A program made the position numbers and the translations under genes. The notes below the pieces were generated by a model. That model saw only the letters and a list, made by a program, of their open reading frames with translations, made no database searches and was not told where the DNA came from. From Nitrosopumilaceae archaeon (GTDB taxonomy: Archaea; Thermoproteota; Nitrososphaeria; Nitrososphaerales; Nitrosopumilaceae), in contig CBDBMG010000003.1 of NCBI GenBank assembly GCA_965207375.1, positions 640,001 to 704,000 on the forward strand: DNA of 64,000 nucleotides. The letters run 5' to 3'. Shown piece after piece: positions 1 to 15,155 of this stretch. Every line of letters starts with the position of its first letter. Position 1 is the stretch's first letter.

Positions 1-107
1 CACACGTAGCTAGCTATTAAATTACCAGCCATACTAACAAATTACAAAATATAACAACTAATATGGATATATTTTTAGCTAGCTAAATACTGTGTGGTTA
101 AACTTAC

Positions 108-163
108 GTCTTAAATCTGAAATATTTTTTGTTAGGACAAGCGATGCTTCTGAATTCTCTGAA
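108..163 (-). other. Possible short exon (SENSEASLVLTKNISDLR) of an unidentified gene
   Basis: On the minus strand, flanked by tacatAG acceptor (165-164) and GTAAGT donor (107-102); one open frame; no homology recognised. Confidence 0.25.
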
Positions 164-269
164 CTATGTATATAAAAATTGTTAATATGTATATACGTAG
201 TTGCACATGCATACATAATAATACGTATGTGTGCGTAATGATAAACATAAGACACATATACAGCTACAT

Positions 270-1065
<796 letters not shown>

Positions 1066-1592
1066 ATCATATAAATTATGGATATATAGCTACGTATGTG
1101 TGTACCATTTATTTATGCAGTAGCTATATGAAAGGTAAATAAATTTGACGGTTAGCTAGATTTTTAGGAAAATTTCCTTGGCTTTTTGGCTTTATTTTTG
1201 GTAGCTCCTTGATATTAATTGCAGCTGCACTTGCACGAGCACATGGCCACTCTCATTGTAAAGATTGCTCAACTCACAACTACATAGCTATAACTACATC
1301 GTACAATTATTCAGTACTTCTCCCACTGATGCATTTCATATGCTTTTGTACTTATGATAGTCTGATAGCCTCAAATGCAGCTGTCAACAAAACTTTGACA
1401 CGGCATATTTTATGCTAAAACTGTTCTTGTGACTTAGCTAACATCTGTTTTATGACATTATTAATACATCCAAACAAAGTAGCTAAGTAGTTATATTATA
1501 GTGTTGTCTTCTAGTGATAATATAGGAACATGATGTCCAAAGAATATAGAATATAGAATCTTCATAAAGTGAAACTATTCTTTTGTCATGGT

Positions 1593-1893
1593 TAAGGCTC
1601 AAACAAATATTTAAATATTCAGATTAATATTCGTTTTACCATTATTCGTATTCAAAATAGTCCAAATATCTATTTGGGTACTGTGGTTTAATGGATAGCA
1701 TACTGTACATAATAATCAATGTTTAATGTCAAAATTTCAGAGTAATTTCCCTTCATTATATGCGCTATGAGTGAGATAGGAGTCATAAATTGACTGAAAG
1801 TAGTCACTTTTATATGTAAAAGAATAGTCGGACTATTTGTTTGAAAATTAAAGAATATTCGATTATCAAAATATACTATTCGTTTGAGCCCTA
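1593..1893. mobile_element. hAT-type MITE
   Basis: Termini TAAGGCTCAAAC / GTTTGAGCCCTA; 8-bp TSD gtcatggt/gttatggt (7/8 match). Confidence 0.7.
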
Positions 1894-2869
1894 GTTATGG
1901 TAGCTGTTAGCATAAGCAAATTAGCTATTGGAGGACTTGTATATATCAATCACTATGAATTCCAACTATTGTCATAGACAGGTATTAATTTTGTTAATAG
2001 TCACCTTGCCTATACAATTTGTCAGGACATATAGCTACGTAGTTAGCTAACTATTGTCACTGACATAATAAAATTAAAAGATGAATAGTAGTTGGTCAGT
2101 GATGATACATTGGCATAAACTGATGCAGTGTTTATTCCAGGATTTCAGATTTGGTGGGAATTAGCTAAAGATTTTGAGGGTGAAGACTGGTGGTGAACTG
2201 ATGACCAAAAAAGCAAGGAACTATATACGTACGTATATAGCTATGTAGCTACGTATAGCTATAGTTATTTCACTGAAATTATAGGTTTGCTTTATCACCA
2301 CCTAGAAAGCAAGTGATTCCAAACTACATTCATATTCACATTTGTTTCCCTGAGTCACTCATCCAGGAAGCCTCACACCGGCCATATAGCTACTGACCAC
2401 AGGACGTGGGCAATCAATTTAGCTATGAGGTAAATTTCCCTGAAATATACGCGTAGGCAAAATTAAGGAAATCAGTTATAATTATACGCTGGCCAAGTTG
2501 GTATATGACGAGCCAATAGCCGGAAACCCATCAGTCACGAATACCAGTAATCCGGAAAACCGGCGAGTCTGAACGAAATTTCTTATTCATATAATCATAC
2601 TGCCGAGTGATTCTAGAACTACAATATAGCTAGGTCCCTTATCTGCATGCTCGCTTATCTGATGACCAAAAAAGGAACAAGGGAGGAAAGAACTAGGGCC
2701 TGGGCTATATAGCTATAGCAGCTCTGAAATAAACATGCACTGCTCAGTTTGCTCCATAAAGGCATGCTATATATTCTGCTAAAATGCTAAACTAACATAG
2801 CTATCTACGTATGTATACTGCAACTATGATGTTCCATTAAGATTCTTAAAATCGCGAACCTATGATAGC

Positions 2870-4625
2870 TAATCATTAATCACCTTGATTCTTCAGAACA
2901 AACGGCATAGGCTTCAGGTTTAAGCCACTTCAGTAATACTACATCTTCATAGCAGAAGGGTGATCGAGAACTACACTGATTCATTTCTTGGCAGTCGGAT
3001 TCGGCCCCGAACAACTCAGTACTCGTTTAAGTTCGGCGGTTTAGGGACTTTTGAACAGTTAATACAGGGACATAAGATTGAGAAGCTACATGTGATGGCT
3101 GGGTTGAAGTTATTCAAGAAGTACTTCCTTATATATTTTGACAGTTTGTTCTTAATCCTTGTTGGGTGTTCATTAAGATCTATAGTAGGTAGTGCGTTCC
3201 AGATTCTTGGTAAACGGTTTAAGTAGAAGTTATTGTTGGTGTTATTGGTAGATCTAGCCTGGTGGAGTTTGTTACTTGAAGCAGAACGTGTGTTGCCGGT
3301 TACAAATTTAATATAGTTATTAATGATGAAACCGTCATGATGGTTTCGAAGACTTTTAATAAAGAACATTACATCGTTTAGATCTAGTATATAGGTAAGT
3401 GGCAGCAGTTGGGTTTGGATTAGTCGAGATTTGTAATCACTGGTAAAGTCATTTAGGATATATTTGGTGGCTCGCCGTTGTACTCGTTCGAGTTGCTGGA
3501 TATGTTTGATAAAGTATGGTTTCCATAGAATTGAGCAGTATAGTAATTGGGATCGAACAAGAGATATATATATAGTTGTTTTTTGCTCTTAGTGAGGTTC
3601 TGAGGTGAGAAAGTCCTTTTTAACAGTCCCAAAATACTGTAGGCTTTTGCAATGATATGGTTGTAATGAGCATCCCAAGTTAGATTTGATGATAGTATAA
3701 TACCTAAGTCCTTATGACTTTCTACTTTGGTTATTAAAGATGTTCCAATTGTGTATGATGTCTGTAAATTGAGTTTGAAACTGATTTGGACAATCTTAGT
3801 GGGGTTGAATAGCAGACTCCATTGTTCACTCCAGTAGTTTAAAGAGTTGATGTCATCCTGTAATAGGATAGCGTCTGCTGGATCAGATATGATTTTGAGA
3901 CATTTTGTATCGTCAGCGAATAGATATAATAATGAATTATTTATATGGTCAGGAATGTCATTAACATAGATGAGAAACAGGAGTGGACCAAGAATACTGC
4001 CCTGTGGGATTCCCGATAGAACAGGTAGTAGATGAGAGTACTTGTTATTTATTTTCACGCACTGCTGACGGTTATACAGGTAGGATTTGAACCATAGCCA
4101 CAGACCACCAGAGATGCCCATGGATTTCAATTTAAACAAGAGTTCATTGTGTGGAACACTGTCGAATGCCTTTTTAAAGTCAAAATATATCACATCAGTC
4201 TGGTGATCAGTATTCATGATGACATCGAATAATACCAGCAGTTGTTGAACAGTAGATCTGTGTTTTAAGAATCCAAATTGTTGAGGTGTAAGGAAACTAG
4301 AGATATGATGGATGACCTTATTGTAGATTAACTGTTCTAGTATTTTTGAGGTGTTACTAAGTAATGATATGGGACGGTAGTTGTTCACTTGGGATTTGTC
4401 ACCTGACTTGTGTACGGGAGTGATAACATGGATACGCCAATCGTATGGTATAGTGTGTTTGCAGAGGCTAGTTGAAAATAGATGATGCAATGGTCCACAT
4501 AGGGGGTAAGCACATTTATTTAAGACTCTAGGACCGATAAAGTCAATGCCTGAGGATTTGTCAGGATCCAGGGAGTTAAGAGCCTCAAGTACGTTTACCG
4601 ATAAATCGCTCAAGCTCGGCCGTGC
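2870..4625 (-). mobile_element. 5'-truncated non-LTR retrotransposon (CR1/L2-like) ORF2 reverse transcriptase, frameshifted
   Basis: ORF 3453-4673 has NYRPISLL, DFKKAFDSV, GIPQGSILGPLLFLIYVND, LFADD. An extra TA in the (TA)n at ~3564-3573 shifts frame; the corrected frame (SLVRSQLLYCSILWKP...QRRATKYI) runs into ORF 3016-3369. No endonuclease domain present. Confidence 0.92.
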
Positions 4626-4745
4626 ACTTTGTCGGAATGATTCGATTTGTCGATATTCGTTTGATATATACATAAATCTGTAGCTATGGGTGGGGCAATT
4701 AAGACGTCATATTGGGGCGGTTGTATGTGGTCAAATTGATGCAGC

Positions 4746-4783
4746 CATAGATACTATATACACTTACCCATATAGTATCTATG
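4746..4783. mobile_element. 38-bp mini-element with CATAGA termini (P-element-like MITE)
   Basis: CATAGATACTATAT...ATATAGTATCTATG inverted repeat flanked by perfect 7-bp direct repeat ATGCAGC (4739-4745, 4784-4790). Confidence 0.65.
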
Positions 4784-5726
4784 ATGCAGCAAATCAGTGT
4801 AACGTATAGCTAAACGTCACACTATATTGCTCTATAATTAGTATACGTACTAGTGATACATTTAGCTAGTTAACTACTCTTCACTCTTATGCTGATGCTA
4901 AATCGCAGCTTGTAGGCGATTTTTCCTTCCTCCGGACCCCTCGGGCTACCCATATGCACAGGGGAATCAGTGTCGGAGGAAAACACCATTGGCTTACAGT
5001 CGGCGGCGGCCGCCTCACCAATAATCATCCGTTATTTAAAAACTGTTAATCGCAAGCAGCCAGTGATGCATGCCAGACAGTAGCTACGTATAGCTGTCAA
5101 TTTGCTTTGACTAACAAAACAATACTTAGCTTTTGTATTTTTATCAAAGATAAACTTCTACTTTCATTGGACATTTCATTTTAGTTCCAATTAATTTGTG
5201 GTTAGCTATAGCAGTAACCACAATGTTATCATATGATATCATATGATAACATCACCCATTGAATAATTATAGTTATAAGCAAAGGCATCGATTGTAATGC
5301 CATGCAGCATATAATTTAGCTATATACAGTATAGCTATCTAGCTATAACAGGCAAACTTGCACCCAGTGTATAGCTAGCTAGCTAACTATTGACATTTTA
5401 AGCTAAGCTAGATCAAATAGCTATATCATACTAATTAGCTAGCTATACACTGAGGCAATTTAAGGTAAGAGACACACAGCTAGCTACACACTTGAAACTA
5501 TATATATTATGTGGAATCTGCAAAACACATCTTATCTGCACATCTAGCTAAATATATACATACCATAACTTCCCTTGTGAATAAGCTAACAATCCAAAAT
5601 TTGCATCGTTGATATATAGCTAGCTAGTTCTGTGTTTGGCCTTTCTTGTGTCAAATTTGTATACCTATTATAATATTATAGCAAAATGCAAAGAATGAAG
5701 TTCATACAAAATTACCACAATGAGTA

Positions 5727-6001
5727 TGTAGCAGCATATACTGAAGCCATACAGTGAATAACACTAACTGAACTCATTGCACACACCTGACCTTATAGTT
5801 AGTTATCTCATTTAGTTTTGTAATCATGCTGTTGTAATTACTTATGATCATATTTCTTTTTATCATTTTTTTGTTCTCTTGTACTTTATTCTTTTGTATT
5901 TGCTCTGTATATAGCTAAGTGCTACATTTCACTATCATAACAGTGGTGTTTTTTGTCACTATAACCGTTGCGTGAATCTCGGCCGACTTGACGTTCTTAC
6001 A
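5727..6001 (+). repeat. 5' LTR of gypsy element
   Basis: Near-identical to 8807-9069; TGTAGC...TTACA. Confidence 0.95.
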
Positions 6002-6003
6002 AT

Positions 6004-6017
6004 TGGTAACCCTGACG
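6004..6017 (+). promoter_or_regulatory. Primer-binding site, tRNA-Trp-like
   Basis: TGGTAACCCTGACG immediately after the 5' LTR, two mismatches to the usual tRNA-Trp PBS TGGTGACCCCGACG. Confidence 0.75.
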
Positions 6018-6033
6018 CTAGAACCAGAACGCG

Positions 6034-8585
6034 ATGGATCCTGAAGTACCCGTCAACGCCGAAGATCCTCCTCCTCTCGCCGCATGCACCCGCTGGCAGA
6101 GTCGCAGCAATCCAGATCAAGCTACCTCTCTTTTGGCCAAAGGATCCTGCACTGTGGTTCGCCCAGATCGAAGCGCAGTTTACCACCCATGGCATGATCT
6201 GGCATCACCGGCGCTTCCAGGACGAAGTTCGAGTACGTCGTCTCATCGTTTTCTCCCGAGTATGCGACGGAAGTCCGGGACCTACTACTTACTCCACCTG
6301 CAGAGCATCCTTACGAGCAACTAAAGAAAGAGCTAACCAACCGAACCTCGCTGTCCGAGCAACGCCGTCTCCAACAGCTACTTACTTCCGAAGAGCTTGG
6401 AGATCGTAACGACAACTCACGCCTGCAGACAGCACCACCGAAGCCGAACAGCTTTGCGGGTACCATAGAACATTCGGAGATGCTGCCAAGAAATGTCAAC
6501 TTCCTTGTCAGAAGTCGGGAAACGCCCAGGCCAGTCGCTAGGGGCGACGAGCGATCCCGGCCTACCAACAAGTCGCCTGCATGCTATTTTTAACCGATGC
6601 TAACTCTGGCCGCCGATTCCTCATTAACACTGGTGCTGAAGTGAGCATCGTACCTCCCTCCGATACTGACCAGAAGAACAAGCAGGACTTTTCAGGCCTC
6701 CAAGCAGTCAATGGCTCATCCATTGCGACTTTTGGCACCCGGTCCATCTCTCTGGATTTGGGCCTCAGACGTGTATTCCGCTGGATTTTTGTTATTGCTG
6801 ACCTCGTTGTTGACACTTCCACACCAATCATTGGAGCAGACTTCCTCAGACAACATGGACTATTAGTCAATATGAGACATGGTCAGCTGGTGGATATAAC
6901 GACACAACTAACACAAGGTATTATTTCTCATGTTGTATCACCCAGCCCGTCTTTCTCTCCGCAGCATTTGGACACAGATTATGATGCCTTGCTGGCTGAA
7001 TTCTCCTCTGTTACCAAACCTTGTCTGCCACCACAATCAGCGAAACACACGGTCACTCACCACATCCACAACAAGGGGCCACCTGTCCATGCCAGACCTC
7101 GATGTCTACCACCTGACCGTCTCCGCATCGCCCGGAATGAATTCGAGCACATGCTGGAACAAGGGATCATCCAATCATCTGACAGTCAATGGTCATCACC
7201 CCTTCACATGGTCCCGAAGAAGACTCCTGGAGACTGGAGACCCTGTGGTGACTATCGAGCTCTCAATAATGTGACTATCCCAGACCGCTACCCAATCCCT
7301 CACATACAGGACTTCACAGCAACTCTCCATGGTTGCACAGTGTTCTCTAAGCTGGACCTGGTACGTGCCTACCACCAGATTCCTGTGGAGCCATCAGATA
7401 TTCCTAAGACTGCCATTACAACACCATTTGGACTGTTCGAGTTCCGACGAATGCCCTTTGGACTCGGTACGGAATGCTGCACAGACTTTTCAACGTTTCA
7501 TGGATCAAATGCTACGTGGACTCGACTTCTGCTACGTCTACATAGATGATGTACTCATCGCCAGCAGAACAACAGAGGAACACAAGGTACACATCCGTCT
7601 TGTGCAACGTTTTGTGCAATATGGCATGCATACTGATCAATCCTATCAAGTGTGTCTTAGGTGTCACCGAACTACGCTTCTTGGGTCATCATGTCAACAA
7701 AGATGGTGTATCTCCATTTCCAGACCAGGTGCAAGTTATCCAGAACTTTCCTCAACCCACCACACTCCACAAACTATGGGAGTTCCTAGGTCTGGTAAAC
7801 TTCTACCACCAATGTATACCCAGGAAGCGATACCAATCCCTGACAGCACTGCAGACACTGTGGCTCAAGCTACCATCACCACAGACAGAGGTCAACAATT
7901 TGAGTCAGCCCTCTGGACACAGCTGACAAGTTACCACCCCATCGCCAATGGACTGGTAGAACGATTGCACCGACAACTGAAGAGTGCAGTGAAATACCTA
8001 CCAGATCCAACATATTGGACAAAAGCTCTCCCTCTGGTACTCCTGGGTATCCGTACAACTATTAAGCAAGACCTTAAGTGCACTGCTGCAGAACTGGTGT
8101 ATGGTACCACACTTCGTTTACCAGGAGAGTTTTTCACCAGCACCACAAATCATCTGGACCCCATTTCCTATGCAACTCAGCTAAAGACATTTATGCAGCA
8201 GCTAAAACCACCTTCAGTTTGCCGACAACAGAGACATTTCTACACAACTCCTGATCTGTCCACCTGTACCTTTGTTTTTGTAAGGCATGATGCAGTCAAA
8301 CGATCATTACAGAAGCCTTACGATGGTCCATTCCATGTACTCCACTGCAGTGATAAACATTTTACCCTTGACATCTCAGGCAAGAAGAAAGTTGTTTCAA
8401 TAGACCGTCTCAAGCTTGCACACATCGAAGAGGCCTTTGCAGTCACTAACCTCTCAGTTACTGTACCACAACCATCTCAGTCAGACACTTCGCCACCACT
8501 TAATTCTCCCCCTTCCAAGTCATCACCGACCTCACGTGTCACTTTTACCCTTGACATCTCAGGCAAGAAGAAGTTGTTTCAATAG
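6034..8585 (+). pseudogene. gag-pol pseudogene (gag, aspartic protease, RT, partial integrase)
   Basis: gag IKLPLFWPKDPALWFAQIEAQF; protease [10 protein letters not shown] (catalytic D replaced by N); [29 protein letters not shown]; integrase TTDRGQQFES, ANGLVERLHRQLK. Multiple frameshifts; RNase H and integrase N-terminus deleted near 7815. Confidence 0.92.
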
Positions 8586-8723
8586 GCCGTCTCAAGCCTG
8601 CACACATCGAAGAGGCCTTTGCAGTCACTAACCTCTCAGTTACTGTACCACAACCATCTCAGTCAGACACTTCGCCACCACTTGATTCTCCCACTTCCAA
8701 GTCATCACCGACCTCACGTGTCA
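8360..8723 (+). repeat. ~182-bp tandem duplication at the end of pol
   Basis: 8360-8542 is repeated at 8543-8723 with few differences. Confidence 0.9.
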
Positions 8724-8806
8724 CTGGGTCAGGCCGTCATGTCCACTGGCCCAAGAGATTTGCAGAGTATCGCACGTTCACCAACTAGCTCACTGGGGGG
8801 GAGTAT

Positions 8807-9069
8807 TGTAGCAGCATACACTGAAGCCATACAGTGAATAACACTAACTGAACTCATTGCACACACCTGACCTTATAGTTAGTTATCTCATTTAGTTTTG
8901 TAATCATGCTGTTATAATTGCTTATGATCATATTTCTTTTTATCATTTTTTTGTACTTTGTTCTTTTGTATTTGCTCTGTACATAAGTGCTACATTTCAC
9001 TATCATAACAGTGGTGTTTTCTGTCAGTATAACCGTTGCGTGAATCTCGGCCGACTTGACGTACTTACA
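8807..9069 (+). repeat. 3' LTR of gypsy element
   Basis: Copy of 5727-6001, preceded by a G-rich polypurine tract and followed by TSD AGTA. Confidence 0.95.
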
Positions 9070-9552
9070 AGTATACCAAAATTGAATTTAATTTGGTATG
9101 CACATTGTGGTAATTTTGTATGAATTTCATACTTTTGTATTTTGCAGTGTAGCTATCCAAAAAGTGAGTTATGTGCCTTCAAAGCCATAAAATTGGACAT
9201 GCAGATCTAGACCTACTTGGTTACATAAAAATTATTGGAATTGTAGCTAGCTAGCTAGCTAAATGGTGAGAAATTGTAGGAAATATGAGTCACATACTAG
9301 TATGATATAGCTAGTGTACAATATTTAGAAAGACACGTACAATGTATTGGATTCATTGTAGCCATACAATTATGTTTCTGTGGTTTGATACAATTCATAG
9401 CTATAGTACGTACATATAATTATAATTTGTAGTTACGAGTATCTTGAAGTTATAAACAATAAATTAAATGGAGATTACCTGGATCAGCTAAGAAGGGTCA
9501 GTTTCACTGTTAACTATATAGCTAGAAGTCATAATAATGTAGCTAGATCTAG

Positions 9553-9875
9553 TTAGGCCACACAAAGTTAAATGTCTGTTTCTGACTTTCAAAATTTGAC
9601 CAGGCAACCAGGCTTTTTATTTTTATTTTTAACTTAAATTATGTCAAAATCCAAACTAACTTGCTTGTATTTTTTGTTCACTTCGTGATAATACATAAAA
9701 TTTCTTTATTCAGTGTAGAACTTGATAAATGTGTTTATACTACATAATCTACACATTATTTAAACAGTGTAACTATAACAACATGCTGTGAATAAAAAGT
9801 TACCATCACTACCTCACAAAAATGACCAGGCACTGAGGAGGACCAGAAACATATTTTTAACTTTGTTTGGCCTTA
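9553..9875. mobile_element. MITE with AGGCC termini (Kolobok-like, tentative)
   Basis: TAGGCCACACAAAGTTAAA ... TTTAACTTTGTTTGGCCTTA inverted ends. Confidence 0.45.
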
Positions 9876-11141
9876 TCTTTTATGAAACTTTAAATTTTGA
9901 AAAATTGGATGCGTGAACTATGCACATTTTCGCAAATCTGGTCATATATGTATATAAAATAATTATAGTTATTTCAATTGAGTATACACATAGGTAGCTG
10001 GCTACGTATCATATTATAATAGTGAGTGCCTGAGTAAAAACTAGCCACTTCCAAATTTACCATGTCCACTGTAATAATTTAATAATTCTTTTAGGCAATA
10101 TACCTAACTACAGGGTGAACAATTATAAGGTGGGTTATCATTATTAATAGTTGGAATCCTGGTGGTGGAGGGATAGCTTAGTTATACACCTAATTATATA
10201 TAAGTATCAATTTTATCCATACTATATTCTGTAACAGGGAAAGTTGGAATTATGGGGGAAGTGACTCTAATAATTAGCTATGATACTAAAATTCCGGCTA
10301 TGATTCCGTTCACTAGTGGCCAGCATCTCAGCATCTGTTTGTTAATTAGTAGGCAGAATTTGACTTCTATGGCTATGTTTGAACAAACTCTTACATAGCT
10401 AGCTACTAGGCATCACTCATAGATCTACTATAGGGATTATGAAAAAATATCCCAGAAGTGTGGAGTTTGACTGTCATATCCCCTGTAATCATCACCTATA
10501 CTGGTGTATTACATATACCTGTGTAGGGTATACGCTGCCATAGCCATAATTGTCTGGCTGTTAATCGACATAATAAAGTAACAACAAAAGAAAATTTATA
10601 TCAATAGTGGTAACAACACTTATTAGCTATTCAGTCTGTATCTAAATTTATAAACACTCCATCCTCAGGCATTATATTATTATGTAGTTATAAATACACA
10701 GACCTCAAGATATGTTATAATTTCATTAGTAAAGTAATATGATTAGTGCGTTCTATGTACGTATGTTAGTAGCTATAGTTATACGTAGCTATACAGTATA
10801 GCTAGCTATGTAATAGCAAAACTTTATACAATTGTGATCCGGAAAACAGGTCTTAGGTGTACATAAAATTTGACCACATTTAAACATTGTGGATTTAAAA
10901 ATTAAATTAAACTTGGCTTCTAACAGTTTTCAGTATTTATGCAGCTTTTAAGATGGAATCTGATGTTTCTTAACAAATTTTTAAATCTTTTACAGTGAAA
11001 GAGATACCTAAGTACTGCTATATAGCAAGTTTTGTCTGCAACGGGTCCTAAATTTGCAAGGTATCATAAGATACTATAAGTACAAACAACAATACACTTT
11101 GTATGCAGCTGTATGCAGTTTGCAAATTTAATAATAGCAAA

Positions 11142-11773
11142 TATGTAACTGTCTCTGCAAAAACCAGCCTAGTTCGCACTAAAATTTAAATTCATTTTTT
11201 TGGCTAAGCTTATAGCTATACTCAATAGCTAGCCAAATATCACATCTCCTATGGCCAGACTCAAGTGGTCTGCTTTTCTGAGGGAAGGATTTGAGGTCTT
11301 GTAAAAGCATGACCGACACATTGGCACCTGTGGAGCACACCAATTGGGTGTTATCGGCCTGGAATTCTATCCTTGACCGGAATGATGTTCCTTCGGCCTG
11401 GTTGTATGGTCAGGACCATCGGTGGGCAACTAGTCACCTTGTGTCTTCACCTGGGGAGGTTTTTCCTCCTCCCTCCCCACCCCCCACCTCACTCTCCCCT
11501 CCCCTCCTCCTTCCCACCCACCCACTCGTAACACTTCGCTAAAATTGATGCACACCTTCGAAAAAATCGTCTGAAAAGGCCTAAAATCAAGCAAGGAACA
11601 ACTTCAAAGGTAAACTGTATTTTATTCAATAGATTACTAAGTCCAGTTCTGTTAAACAAAAGCGGCCTAGTACGAGCAAAAGCTGGTAATTTTTAATTAA
11701 AATCTTTAAACAAGTGTTTCTCTAATTACTACCAGGTGCGAACAAGGCCGGTTTTTGCAGAGACGGTCACATA
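11142..11773. mobile_element. TIR element of the TGTGAC-terminus family
   Basis: ATATGTAACTGTCTCTGCAAAAACCAGCCTAGTTCGCAC ... GTGCGAACAAGGCCGGTTTTTGCAGAGACGGTCACATAT, ~39-bp TIR. Confidence 0.75.
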
Positions 11774-12422
11774 TTGCTGCTAGACCAGAAATCAAAGGTT
11801 TAAAGCCTGCTATACAGTAGTTACGCATAGTGGGGTATAAAAATTAATATATTTGCATGTAGAGTATCTACATACGTATATAAGACTCACAATGACATAA
11901 ATATTAATTTTATTGATTCAAAGTGAAAAGTACGTAATGGAATCTTGGAATTTTCTTTTTAAGTGATCTGGAGGTTTGTCTTTATCAAGCACAAACTTAC
12001 ACATAGCTACATAATTATTTAGAAACATAGCTAGCTACATGCATCCATTAGCTAATTATATATAATCACATACAACTTTATTAGGTGAAAGTTGTAGGGT
12101 AGCTACTTTGTTTAGATGAGGGAGTTTAACTAAGCTTAAGTCTTTTATTTTACATACCCAACCTTAAACTTAAATCTATAGATGCAAATTTACTTTATAA
12201 ATAATAATTATAATATTCTACCTAGTTAACACAAGACATAGCTAACATTTGTTACCTTGAATATGCAAGAAAAGACCCTCTGCAACAAAATCGATCTTGT
12301 CATGGACACACAAAATATTTGATTGTGGGTTTAAATTTGGAATTTACATTATTAAAAGACTTTGTAGCAGTATTTGTAATATCACAGGGTACTAGAGGGG
12401 GTTTAAAGGTAAGATTTTACAT

Positions 12423-12673
12423 TTGTGACCCGGCATGAGAAAACCGGGCTTATGTACACAAAATATACCTATTCATATTTATGTATCTCCTTTATTGCTT
12501 AAGGTTTTAATAATCTGTAAGGTGCATGAGGTTCCCTATGAAAAGCTGCATAAATGGTAAAAATTCCATTAGACTCCGATGATTTCGTATAAAGTTATTT
12601 AAGTTTGAAATCCAAAAATGTGATCAAATTTCATGTGCACATATAAGCCCTATTTTCTCATGCCGGGTCACAT
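12423..12673. mobile_element. MITE, TGTGAC-terminus family
   Basis: TGTGACCCGGCATGAGAAAA ... TTTTCTCATGCCGGGTCACA TIR. Confidence 0.8.
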
Positions 12674-12685
12674 TTATAACTTTAA

Positions 12686-13627
<942 letters not shown>

Positions 13628-13759
13628 TAAATTAGCCCTATTATATTCATTATTCTCAATTCTTTTTTAGCTATCCTCTTTTAATTAATTAAGTACACCT
13701 TGGTGGTTCCATTCATTCAATTCTATCTTACTTTATCAGATTTACTTCTGATGTTAAAC

Positions 13760-14485
13760 TTATAATTAGGCATGCGTCTATTAAGCTAGAATAATTCCAA
13801 TGGATGATCGGTGAAGTCACGACAGATGGAATGAGTGTTTCATTCACACATGTAGCTGCAATCTTCTGGTGTAAATATGCTGTTATTGACACTGCTGTCA
13901 GTTTCTACACAATATCTGCTTCATTGACAGTTGACACTGCATCTGATGAATCGTAAGCATATTCCCTGTATTTTATGTATTTAAACTCGTTTCATTATTT
14001 TACTCTCATTGGTTAAACTCATGGACGTCATGGTTTCATGTCAACACTTTCCCAAGCTACTATTAACAATATGTTCATCTCCACTGCACAAAATGTAACG
14101 AAATAGTTTAGCGACTCACTATCACAGAAACACTTGCATACATATGCACCAATAACATTTTAGCACTCACGAAAAGGCAACGAAACTTGTGCGGTGAAAT
14201 GGGTAGTATTGATGTTGAAAAATACCCTGTAGCTATGAATGTATATACATACGTACACTGATGTTAAAGGAATACATGTACACATTTTGCAAGCTTACTG
14301 AATGCACTGTTTTTGATTGACTCCATTCCAAGTAAAATTTCCGTCTGTATTTTGGTACTGCACAATTAACCGCATACTTTACAATACATTCCTCTTTATT
14401 TGAAATAATGAGTGAAATATTTCTGGCTTATTAACTCTTATATAGCTTCTTTCTGAAATAGCATCTCCTCCGTATATATATTGAT
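13760..14485 (-). pseudogene. Degenerate multi-exon gene fragment, product unknown
   Basis: Regular AG/GT-bounded segments 14378-14485, 14299-14344, 14171-14226, ~14005-14083, ~13760-13966 with short introns; coding-like but with in-frame stops. Confidence 0.35.
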
Positions 14486-15155
14486 CTATTAATTTTTATT
14501 ATAGCTACACATACGTAACTGGTAGCTATTAATAATGCTCAGGATGTCATACATGAAATTAGCTGTATCAGCAATATGATAAAATTAATTATACATGAAC
14601 GAATTTTGCTACACTATTATATCCTATATAGCATCTATTATATAGCTTGTAGTAGAGAAGCTGTGTGGCTTCTTAATATAAACTCATCCATTATTTATCA
14701 ATGTCCATGCATCTAGGCTGATCTAGCTGGGCACTAGAAATTTTGCCTATTACGCCAGCATCAAATATCCTCAATCCTTTTTAATGCCTAAAATTATGCT
14801 GGCATAATTGGTGCAAGCCTACTGCAGAGCATGATACTAATCGGAAAACAGCTACTGTAGCTAGCCATAATAGCTACGTAAGTATTTTGAGCATATGAAT
14901 CCCTGCATGTAGCTAAGAGCACATATTATTTATTATGTTCTCTTATTAATATGTGACTGTCTCAGAAAGTAGCTACTAGCCTAGTTCACACTTCCAAATT
15001 TGCCACTTCAATTTTTGTTGGGAATGACATAGCTACATACTCCATATTTACAAGGTCAGTAGCTCTTTCTTTATCATTGCAAAAAAATTAAGCATTTTGT
15101 AACATATTCAAAAAAACTTATGGTCTATTAACTTGGCAAAACCACAGGTATGCAT

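Larger units (their letters stand above)
5727..9069 (+). mobile_element. Ty3/gypsy LTR retrotransposon, both LTRs present, internally deleted and decayed
   Basis: LTRs 5727-6001 and 8807-9069 (TG...CA); 4-bp TSD AGTA; PBS; polypurine tract just before 8807; gag-PR-RT-IN order. Confidence 0.96.
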
